Assembly: GCA_042218325.1 (NCBI GenBank)
Contig: JBDGRE010000001.1
Location: 68,356 to 132,355 of the forward strand
Origin: Candidatus Nanohaloarchaea archaeon
GTDB taxonomy: Archaea; Nanohalarchaeota; Nanosalinia; Nanosalinales; Nanosalinaceae
DNA: 64,000 bases
Direction: 5' to 3'
Below, one piece after another: positions 47,498 through 55,465 of this stretch. The notes beneath the pieces are model-generated. The model worked only from the letters and a program-made list of their open reading frames with translations, ran no database searches and had not been told where the DNA came from. The number at the start of each line of letters is the position of its first letter. The stretch's first letter is position 1. Made by a program: the position numbers and the translations under genes.

Positions 47498-48271
47498 ATG
47501 AAGGTAGAGAAGATAGGAGAAGGAGAACCAGAGTACACGGTCGTAGGGAGCCTCCACGGCGACGAGCCGTGCGGGAAAAAGGCTATCGAAAAGTTCCTGT
47601 CCGGGGACTGGGAACTCAAGAAACCCGTACAGTTCATCATAGCGAACGAGGAAGCTCACGAACAGGAAGTACGGTACCTCGATACGGATCTCAACAGGTC
47701 TTTCCCAGGCGACCCGGTAAGCGACAGCCACGAGGAGAGGCTGGCCGCGAGACTGCTGGAGCTGGTCAAGGGCACGAAGCTCATCGATTTCCACTCGACC
47801 CGGTCACAGGATGAGCCTTTCGCCACCACCTCCATCATGACGGAAGAGGTCCTGGAGCTCGCCCGGTCTTCTGGCGTCCGGGACGTGGCCTACTTCGGCG
47901 CGGAGTCCGGTGTGCTCAACGAAAGGGTGCCGGCGGTAACGGTAGAGGCCGGCAGGCAGGGAACAGAGCAAGCGGCGGAGAACGCCTACGGGATACTCGT
48001 CAATTTCCTGGCCGCGGAAGGTGTCATCGACGCGGATTACGAGCGCTCGGATATAGAGCTCTACATCTACTACGATACCGTCGAGGGCGGCGACCTTGAG
48101 TTCGTCGCAGAGAACTTCACCCTCGTCGAGGAGGGCGAGGTGTACGCCCGGAAGGATGGGGAAGAAATCAGGGCCGACGAGTACTTCTTCCCGATCCTGA
48201 TGTCGACCCATGGGTACGAGGACATCCTCGGCTACAAGGCCCAGAAGATAGATAAAGATGTCTACCTCTAG
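47498..48271 (+). CDS. Succinylglutamate desuccinylase/aspartoacylase family (M14)
   Basis: HGDEPCG, DLNRSFPG, IDFHST, VEAG. Confidence 0.85.
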   Translation: MKVEKIGEGEPEYTVVGSLHGDEPCGKKAIEKFLSGDWELKKPVQFIIANEEAHEQEVRYLDTDLNRSFPGDPVSDSHEERLAARLLELVKGTKLIDFHSTRSQDEPFATTSIMTEEVLELARSSGVRDVAYFGAESGVLNERVPAVTVEAGRQGTEQAAENAYGILVNFLAAEGVIDADYERSDIELYIYYDTVEGGDLEFVAENFTLVEEGEVYARKDGEEIRADEYFFPILMSTHGYEDILGYKAQKIDKDVYL

Positions 48272-48278
48272 GTAATTC

Positions 48279-48459
48279 ATGCGGCAGGGTGGACGTTTTT
48301 GGACCGCGCGCATCTCCCGATGACGTAGACAGCCGCTTTACGGTCCAGGGTGGATGTTCGGGCTCTTCTCGCACGCACGGCAGTTTATCTTTGACTGGTT
48401 CATACCTGCAGATCTGCGCTGTGCTGGAGGCTTCTTGGCGCAGAACATGGTATAGGTAA
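48279..48459 (+). promoter_or_regulatory. Extra Trp-type frameshift cassette (uORF 48279-48323; +1 frame to 48459)
   Basis: ATG CGG CAG GGT GGA CGT TTT TGG (MRQGGRFW). Confidence 0.5.
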
Positions 48460-48576
48460 TACAGGTACTTTCCGCCGATAAATATCGTAAAGAGCTGCTG
48501 GTATGCATTTTCAGGGCTTTTAGAGGCTTGAAAGCTACTTAAATCTTTTCTTACAACAGAAAAATACGTGAGTAAC

Positions 48577-48961
48577 ATGGCACACACCACTACGGACGAA
48601 GAAAATGCAGAAGCCCGCAAGGGTGGACGTTTTTGGAAAACCTAGCATAGAAGTGGTCGCAGACCTGGCGGACCCGACCCCAGTTTACGTTTCCGGCCAG
48701 CAGGACACCGGTTTCTACCGCGAGATAACCTGTGATGCCGACCTCGTGATCCTGAGGAACAAAGAGGAATTCTCGCAGGAACCCGGAGATATCCTCGACG
48801 GGGATTACAGGGAGCTGCTACAGAGGTCAGACCAGGATATCTACGTTCACGAGGACGCGCCCAGAGACTTCCCTGGGATGAACCCGTACGTGGTCGAAGG
48901 GCTGGCCGCCAGCGGCGTGGAAGAACTGGCGGAAGCCTACTTGGAGCAGGGCCATGAATAA
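48577..48961 (+). CDS. Hypothetical protein probably made by +1 frameshift at TTT-TGG (48631-48636); leader of trpS
   Basis: 0 frame MAHTTTDEENAEARKGGRFWKT* (48577-48645); +1 frame is the acidic ORF 48605-48961. Confidence 0.65.
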
Positions 48962-48986
48962 AATACCTGCCCGTGGAAGTGATTGA
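48954..48986 (+). CDS. 10-aa relay ORF into trpS
   Basis: ATGAATAA overlap with upstream stop; MNKIPARGSD; TGA-C-ATG into trpS. Confidence 0.45.
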   Translation: MNKIPARGSD

Positions 48987-48987
48987 C

Positions 48988-50097
48988 ATGCCAGACATAG
49001 ACCCGTGGGGAGACGTCGAGGTGGGAGACTACCGCGAAAAGATGGAGAAGTTCGGCATCGAACCAGTCGGCGAGATAGAGGACAGGATGCCGGACCACAG
49101 GTACGTCCGCCGCGGGATAATATTCGGTCACCGCGGCATGGACGAGTTCCTCGACGCCCGGGAAAACGGCGATAACGTGGCGATGATGACGGGTATCATG
49201 CCGTCCGGCGTCTTCCACATGGGCCACAAGTGCGTGGTCGACCAGGTCACGATGTACCAGGAGATGGGGGCCGACATCACCCTCGCGGCCGCGGATATAG
49301 AGGCTTACAACACCAGGGAGATGCCCATAGGGAAGGCCCGCGAACTTGTCATCGAGGAGTATCTGGCCAACTACGTGGCGCTCGGCCTCGACCTCGAGCA
49401 GACTGATTTCTACTTCCAGAGCCAGGCCGGCAACGACCACCACGCCCGGGCCAAGATGTTCGCTCGATACCTCACACAGAACGAGGTCGAATCCACGTAC
49501 GGCAGCGCCGCACCGGGGAAGATTACCTCCGCGCTGACGCAGTACGCCGACATACTGAGGCCCCAGTTCCCGGAGAACGGGGGCCCGAAGCCCACAGTCG
49601 TTCCTGTAGGCGTGGACCAGGATCCTCATATACGGCTGACAAGGGAGGTCGCACGCAAGTACCGCGGCCAAGGCTTTGTCAAGCCCGCCTCAACTTACAA
49701 CAAGTTCATGCGCGGGCTCCAGGGCGGCAAGATGTCGTCGAGCAAGCCCAAGAGCTACATCGCACTGACCGACGGTGTAGAAGATGCGAAGCAGAAGGTC
49801 GACGAGGCCAAGACCGGCGGCAGGGACACACTGGAGGAGCAGCGGGAGAAAGGTGCCCGGGTCAAGGAGGACATGGTCTTCGAGCTGCTTGCCTTCCACC
49901 TGATCGAGGACGACTCCGAGCTTGAACGCATCCGGGAAGAGTACAGCTCGGGAGAGATGCTCTCCGGCGAGCTGAAGCAGATAGCGAAGGAAAGACTGGA
50001 GGAGTTCCTGAGGGAGCACCAGCAGAAGCGTGAAGAGGCCCGTGCCGAGGTGGAGCAGTTCGTCCGCGAGAACGTTCCCGAGGGAGAACTGGTTTAA
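48988..50097 (+). CDS. trpS: Tryptophanyl-tRNA synthetase
   Basis: IDPWG, PSGVFHMGH (HIGH), PVGVDQDPH, KMSSS, AKTGGR. Confidence 0.95.
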   Translation: MPDIDPWGDVEVGDYREKMEKFGIEPVGEIEDRMPDHRYVRRGIIFGHRGMDEFLDARENGDNVAMMTGIMPSGVFHMGHKCVVDQVTMYQEMGADITLAAADIEAYNTREMPIGKARELVIEEYLANYVALGLDLEQTDFYFQSQAGNDHHARAKMFARYLTQNEVESTYGSAAPGKITSALTQYADILRPQFPENGGPKPTVVPVGVDQDPHIRLTREVARKYRGQGFVKPASTYNKFMRGLQGGKMSSSKPKSYIALTDGVEDAKQKVDEAKTGGRDTLEEQREKGARVKEDMVFELLAFHLIEDDSELERIREEYSSGEMLSGELKQIAKERLEEFLREHQQKREEARAEVEQFVRENVPEGELV

Positions 50098-50121
50098 GTC
50101 CGCACCGACTGTTTTTGAGGT

Positions 50122-50817
50122 ATGCTGCCCGAGCTTATACTGCGCGAGGAGGAGCACGAGAACCTCCCTCTGCTGGCACTGCTCGGTATCTTATCCGGGC
50201 TGCTCGGTTTCGCGGCCGCGAAGATGCTGTTCCCGTCGCAGGCCGACCTTCTCGGCGTGATATTCGCGTCGATACCGCTGATATTCCCACTCACGAGCTA
50301 TTTCCTTGAGCGTGAAAACGAGACAGCGCCGCACCTGCCCGAGGTCGAGGTCTACGGCTCGGTGTTCTTCGGCGAGGTCGTCGCGTTCTTCCTGCTCGGC
50401 ATGTACTTCCAGGACGCGTTCTCGCTCCAGAACCAGATAATAGGTGCGACCGGCAACGCGGTCAACGCTGTCTCGTTTATGTCTATACTTTCCAACAACC
50501 TGATGGTTTTCCTCGGTATCCTGGTCGTCGCCTCGGTGATTGGCTCCGCGGGTGCGTTCGTCCTGACCTGGAACGCATCGGTGCTCGGAGTCTTCTTCGC
50601 CGACCTTTTCAGGGAGTCCGCCATCAAACCGCTGGCTTACGTCCCCCACGCCACGTTCGAGATGGGAGGCTTCATAATCGCCGGCATCTCCGGTTCCATG
50701 ATATCCGCCGCGCTGTACCGCGAGCATTTCGAGAGGGATACCTGGATCGATATAGCGCAACTCGTCGCCGCGGGCCTTCTGCTTATACTGTTCGGGGCGT
50801 TCCTGGAGACGGCTTAA
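50122..50817 (+). CDS. Stage II sporulation protein M (SpoIIM)-like membrane protein
   Basis: ILSNNL, WNASVLG, PHATFE, GAFLE. Confidence 0.75.
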   Translation: MLPELILREEEHENLPLLALLGILSGLLGFAAAKMLFPSQADLLGVIFASIPLIFPLTSYFLERENETAPHLPEVEVYGSVFFGEVVAFFLLGMYFQDAFSLQNQIIGATGNAVNAVSFMSILSNNLMVFLGILVVASVIGSAGAFVLTWNASVLGVFFADLFRESAIKPLAYVPHATFEMGGFIIAGISGSMISAALYREHFERDTWIDIAQLVAAGLLLILFGAFLETA

Positions 50818-50847
50818 CGACTTAAAGCTCCGCATCCATCAAGCCTT

Positions 50848-50974
50848 ATGACCGCAGGAACACGTTTACCAACTGGTCCCACCGACTACAAGGGTGGATG
50901 TTTTTTCCGGGGATAGACCCTGCCACGGCTGCGCTGAAATATTAAAGGTTAATCGGCGAGGTGTATCGCTGTGA
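50848..50974 (+). promoter_or_regulatory. pheS leader: uORF 50848-50916 with putative +1 shift site TTT-TTC; +1 frame ends on pheS GTGA
   Basis: MTAGTRLPTGPTDYKGGCFFRG*; AAG GGT GGA TGT TTT TTC at 50890-50907; +1 frame open 22 codons to TGA 50972-50974. Confidence 0.78.
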
Positions 50975-52377
50975 GACTCTCGAGCCAGGCAGCACAGATA
51001 CTCGAAGAGCTACGCGGCCGTGGAGAGGCCACGGTCGAGGCGCTGGAGAAAGAGGGCTACGACCAGTCGATGGTTCACAGGGCGGCGCTGGAGCTTCAGG
51101 AGAAAGGCCTCGTGGAGTACGAGGAAGAGGAGGAGATAGTGCACCAGATGACGGATAAAGGCCGTGAGGTCATCGAGAACGGCTCACCGGAGCACCGCCT
51201 CGTCCAGAGACTGGAGGACTCCGGGAAACAGATGTCGGAGCTCCAGGACCTGGACCTCGACGTCGCTCTTGGAAAGGCCCGGGAGAAGGGATGGGTCGAA
51301 ATCGAGAACGGCGAGGTCGAGCTCACCGGCGACGGCGAGGCGAACCTCGACACGGATCCTGCCCAGAGGAGGCTGGAGAGCCGCGAGTTCGACGAAGACC
51401 TGCGGGAACGCGGGCTGGTAGAGGCCGTGAACCAGACGGAACGCGTGGTAAGACTCACGCAGGAGGGCCGGTCGCTGGCGGAATCCGAGATAGAGGAAGA
51501 GTTCAACCTTGAGGCCCGTGTGAAGACGCCGAGGACAGGAAAGAAGCACTTCTACAAACAGATAATCGACTACGCCCGGAGGAAGTGGGTAGAGATGGGG
51601 TTCGAGGAGATGAGCGGCGACTTCGTAGTCCCGAGCTTTCTCAACTTCGACGCGCTCTACACGCCGCAGGATCACCCGGCCCGGGAGATGCAGGACACCT
51701 TCTTCATGGAAACGCCTGCTGTATCAGACATAACCGGCTACGATGTGAAGGTGGAGAACGTGAAGAACACCCACGAGAACGGGTGGATCACGGGCAGCGA
51801 CGGCTGGGGCTACGAGTGGTCGCGTGAAGAGGCGGAGAGAAACGTGCTGAGAACACATACTACCGCGGTTTCTATCCGCAGGATACACGAGATAGAGGTG
51901 AACGAGGAGGAGCTGCCGAGAAAATTCTTCACGGTCTCAAGAAACTTCAGGAACGAGACGGTCGACAGGTTCCACCTAGCAGAGTTCTACCAGACCGACG
52001 GCATAGTGGTCGGCGAAGACCTCAGCTTCCGCGACCTGAAGGGATACATAAGCGAGTTCTTCGAGAAGATGGGCTACGACGACTTCCGCCTGGTACCGTC
52101 CTACTTCCCTTACACCGAGATGAGTGTGGAGGTCCACGTCTGGGACGAGAAAGACGGAGAGTGGGTCGCTCTCGGAGGCGCAGGAATGTTCAGGCCTGAG
52201 GTCGTGAATTCGATGCTCGGCTTCGAGGCAACAGTGCTCGCCTGGGGTCTCGGCATCCCGAGGATAGCCATGGGTGCCGCGGAACTGGAAGATATACGTG
52301 AGCTGTACAGGAACGACGTAGAGATACTCGAGAACACGCCGGCCTGGAGGCCGCAGAACATGGAGGGTGAAGGATAG
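50971..52377 (+). CDS. pheS: Phenylalanyl-tRNA synthetase alpha subunit
   Basis: NFDALYTPQDHPAREMQDTF, LRTHTT, FRNE, YFPYTE, GMFRPE, AWGLG. Confidence 0.96.
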   Translation: MRLSSQAAQILEELRGRGEATVEALEKEGYDQSMVHRAALELQEKGLVEYEEEEEIVHQMTDKGREVIENGSPEHRLVQRLEDSGKQMSELQDLDLDVALGKAREKGWVEIENGEVELTGDGEANLDTDPAQRRLESREFDEDLRERGLVEAVNQTERVVRLTQEGRSLAESEIEEEFNLEARVKTPRTGKKHFYKQIIDYARRKWVEMGFEEMSGDFVVPSFLNFDALYTPQDHPAREMQDTFFMETPAVSDITGYDVKVENVKNTHENGWITGSDGWGYEWSREEAERNVLRTHTTAVSIRRIHEIEVNEEELPRKFFTVSRNFRNETVDRFHLAEFYQTDGIVVGEDLSFRDLKGYISEFFEKMGYDDFRLVPSYFPYTEMSVEVHVWDEKDGEWVALGGAGMFRPEVVNSMLGFEATVLAWGLGIPRIAMGAAELEDIRELYRNDVEILENTPAWRPQNMEGEG

Positions 52378-52378
52378 G

Positions 52379-54043
52379 ATGGCGCACATCGAGGTGGACA
52401 AGAGAGAGTTCGACGAGCTTGTAGGCGCCGAGATCGATGAACAGAGGCTTCACGAGGACGCATCGATGCTCGGCGTCCACTGGAACCACGTAGAAGGGCC
52501 GAAATGGGATGTCGAGGTGTACCCGAACAGGCCTGACCTCCTATCGGTAGAAGGCCTCGCCCGGGCGTACAGGGGATTCTTCGACATCGATACCGGAAGA
52601 GAGGTATACGACGTGGAGGATGGAGATATACAGGTCGAGGTCGACCCTTCTGTCAAGGAGGTGCGCCCGTTCATCGGTATCGCGGTAGTGAGAGGCCTCG
52701 AGCTCACGGAGAAGAAGATAAACGGCCTGATACAGCTGCAGGAAAAGCTTCACCAGACTCTGGGGAGGAGGAGAGACAAGCTCGCCATCGGCCTCCACGA
52801 CCTGGAAACCGTCGAGGCGCCTTTCACGTACCGGGCGGTGGAACCCGAGAAGGTATCTTTCACGCCGCTGGAGTACGAGCGCGACATGCAGCTCGGCGAG
52901 ATACTGGACGAGCACGAGAAGGGCCAGGAGTACGCATGGATACTGGAGGACGAGGACCGCTACCCTCTGATCGAGGATTCAGAAGGTCGTGTACTTTCCT
53001 TCCCGCCGATAATCAACAACCAGCTGACGGAGGTCGAAACGGGAACAAGGGATATACTCGTGGACGTGACCGGCAAAGAGCTCGAAACAGTGAAGAAGGC
53101 GCTGAACATAATAGCGACTGCGCTCGCGGAACGCGGTGGCGACATAGAGACGGTCGAGGTAGACGGCGACAGGATGCCGGAAATCGAGCCAGGGAAAAGG
53201 GAACTCGACTTGGATTACTTCCGCGGTATCTCGGGCCTGGGACTGGATGCGGGACAGGTCATCGAAAGGCTCGAGAGGATGAAGATGGGCGCGGCCAGGA
53301 AACAGGATACTATAGAAGTGGAAGTACCTGCTTACCGGACTGACGTGATGCACCAGTATGATTTGATAGAGGACGTGGTGATAGCGCACGGCTACGGGAA
53401 CGTGGGCCCGGAGCTTCCGGAGGTAGACCAGTTAGCCCGGGAACGACCGGTCGAGGACTACACCCGCTTGCTGAGAGATACCCTGCAGGGAACCGGCGCG
53501 CTTGAGGCCCACACATACATACTTTCGAACCGGGAGAAACTGTTCCACAGGATGGATATCCCGGAAGAAGATATCGCCGAGATGTCGAATGCCCTTACCG
53601 AGGATTATACTGCGGTAAGGAACTGGCTGCTCCCCTCGCTCATGGAGGTCCTGCAGAGGAACAGGCACCGCTCCTACCCGCAGAAGTTCTACGAAGTGGC
53701 GGACGTATCGGTGCTTGACGACAGCGATACCGGCGCCTCCAACCGGAGGAAGCTGGCCTACGTCCACTCCTCGAACGATGTGGATTACAACGATGTCCGC
53801 CAGGTACTGCAGGTGCTTGAACGCGACCTCGGCGTCGAGTTCGAGGTAAGATCGCCGGGTATCGACTGTTACGAGGACGGCCGGGCCGCGACCGTGTACC
53901 TCGACGGTGAAGAGGTGGGCGCTATCGGGGAGTTTTCTCGCGAAGTCCTTGGTAACTGGCAGCTGGAGATGCCGGCTGCCGGATTCGAGCTGGACGTCGA
54001 GAAGCTGTTGCGGCTTTCATCCAAGGCCGAACATGACGGGTAG
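52379..54043 (+). CDS. pheT: Phenylalanyl-tRNA synthetase beta subunit
   Basis: PNRPDLLSVEG, QEKLH, SFPPIIN, PAYRTDVMH..DLIED. Confidence 0.95.
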   Translation: MAHIEVDKREFDELVGAEIDEQRLHEDASMLGVHWNHVEGPKWDVEVYPNRPDLLSVEGLARAYRGFFDIDTGREVYDVEDGDIQVEVDPSVKEVRPFIGIAVVRGLELTEKKINGLIQLQEKLHQTLGRRRDKLAIGLHDLETVEAPFTYRAVEPEKVSFTPLEYERDMQLGEILDEHEKGQEYAWILEDEDRYPLIEDSEGRVLSFPPIINNQLTEVETGTRDILVDVTGKELETVKKALNIIATALAERGGDIETVEVDGDRMPEIEPGKRELDLDYFRGISGLGLDAGQVIERLERMKMGAARKQDTIEVEVPAYRTDVMHQYDLIEDVVIAHGYGNVGPELPEVDQLARERPVEDYTRLLRDTLQGTGALEAHTYILSNREKLFHRMDIPEEDIAEMSNALTEDYTAVRNWLLPSLMEVLQRNRHRSYPQKFYEVADVSVLDDSDTGASNRRKLAYVHSSNDVDYNDVRQVLQVLERDLGVEFEVRSPGIDCYEDGRAATVYLDGEEVGAIGEFSREVLGNWQLEMPAAGFELDVEKLLRLSSKAEHDG

Positions 54044-54148
54044 GTACAGCAGGAAACCGGTTACCAGCGCAAGCAGCGAGGCTGCGGCGAATCCTATACC
54101 GAACCCGAAACCGAGCTTCACCGCCTTCTTCAGGCTGATATCTTCCAT
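54017..54148 (-). CDS. Small membrane protein (43 aa), absent from ORF track
   Basis: MEDISLKKAVKLGFGFGIGF... single long hydrophobic helix; GGAG just upstream. Confidence 0.55.
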   Translation of the reverse strand: MEDISLKKAVKLGFGFGIGFAAASLLALVTGFLLYLPVMFGLG

Positions 54149-54156
54149 GACGGGTT

Positions 54157-54378
54157 CTACTCCTCCTCGCTTTTACCTTTATCCTTTATCTCGCTCTCGC
54201 CGGGGATGATAAGCCATGCGAAAAGGTAGATGAGCAGGCCCGCCCCCGTGCCGAGCACGAGGAACAGCGCCAGTATCCTGACCAGTGAAGGGTCCATGTC
54301 GTATACCTCTGCTATTCCTCCACAGACGCCGCCCAGGATACGGTCGGACTCCGAGCGGTAAAGCCTTTTCTCCGCCAT
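54157..54378 (-). CDS. pspC: PspC domain protein
   Basis: KRLYRS..DRILGGVCGGIAE...LVR...YLFAWLIIP. Confidence 0.9.
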   Translation of the reverse strand: MAEKRLYRSESDRILGGVCGGIAEVYDMDPSLVRILALFLVLGTGAGLLIYLFAWLIIPGESEIKDKGKSEEE

Positions 54379-54379
54379 G

Positions 54380-54871
54380 TCACATCACTTCTTCTTCGTG
54401 CGCCGTGCGGTAGTCGTGGAGCTCTTCGTCCTCGAACCAGATGTCCAGCTCCTTCTCCGCTTCTTCCGGGGTGGCGGATGCGTGGATGAGGTTCTTGTAG
54501 TTCTTGCCCGCGGCGTCGGCATGCTCCATCGACATGTGACCGAAACGCCCGCGGATGGTCGAAGGGTGCGCCTCCCTGGCGCTGGTGTCGCCGACGATCT
54601 TCCTCAGATTTTCTACTGCGTGCACTCCTTCGACCGCGAGCGCGACTATGGGGCCCTCCTTCATGTACTCCGCGAGGCCCTCGTAGAACGGTTTGTCGAC
54701 ATGCTCCTCGTAATGCTGCTCGAGAAGCTGGTCCGTGGCCCGGACCATCTTCATGCCGGATATCTTGAATCCCGCGTCCTCTACGACCGAGATTATCTCT
54801 CCTACAAGTCCTCTTTTTACGGCGTCCGGCTTGAGTGCTACGAATGTCGTTTCGACGTAATTATCTGTCAT
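54380..54871 (-). CDS. ndk: Nucleoside diphosphate kinase
   Basis: TFVALKPDAVKRGLVGEI, HY.EH..KPFY, TIRG, NLIHAS. Confidence 0.95.
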   Translation of the reverse strand: MTDNYVETTFVALKPDAVKRGLVGEIISVVEDAGFKISGMKMVRATDQLLEQHYEEHVDKPFYEGLAEYMKEGPIVALAVEGVHAVENLRKIVGDTSAREAHPSTIRGRFGHMSMEHADAAGKNYKNLIHASATPEEAEKELDIWFEDEELHDYRTAHEEEVM

Positions 54872-54922
54872 CGTGGCCACTTGAGAAAGCCTTTCAGGGC
54901 AACACTTTTAACCGGTTAAGCC

Positions 54923-55375
54923 TTAGCCCTCGGTCATGTTGCGGAACGTGGTCTGCTCGCACCCGAGCAGTTCTACCTGCTCCATCTGTCTCCACTCGTC
55001 TCCCGTTCTGTTCAGGTATGATGCCCTGGATGTCCACTCCATACCCTTCATGTCCGCGGTGCATATGTTGTAGGCCTGGGCCATAAGCTCTGCCTCGACC
55101 CTGCGGTAGAAGTTCTCGGTTCCTCGCTGGACCTTCGAGTAGTCGTCGTAGTTGTAGGTGGTGTGGGTGCGGCGCTGGACCCCGATACATGCACCGGCGT
55201 CTATACCAGCGCACCGTGTCTCGACCTCGACGAAGCCCACCCTTACGGGTTCGTCAGGCGTCACGAGGTTGTGGCCAGCCACCGCCACGAGGAGAACTGC
55301 TATGCTGACACCGAGGAACTTCAGGTCGCGCTGGAATCCCTCGCCTAAATCATCTATTTTTTCCGGCAGCTCCAT
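54923..55375 (-). CDS. Hypothetical membrane-anchored protein with four Cys
   Basis: One TM helix then a Cys-containing extracellular domain. Confidence 0.6.
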   Translation of the reverse strand: MELPEKIDDLGEGFQRDLKFLGVSIAVLLVAVAGHNLVTPDEPVRVGFVEVETRCAGIDAGACIGVQRRTHTTYNYDDYSKVQRGTENFYRRVEAELMAQAYNICTADMKGMEWTSRASYLNRTGDEWRQMEQVELLGCEQTTFRNMTEG

Positions 55376-55465
55376 GTCTCTGTTCGGTGGGAGGAGATTC
55401 ATAAATCAACGGCCCGAGCCGGAGGTTGGAATTTATGAATCTCCCCGCCGCCCTGTTTTCTATAG

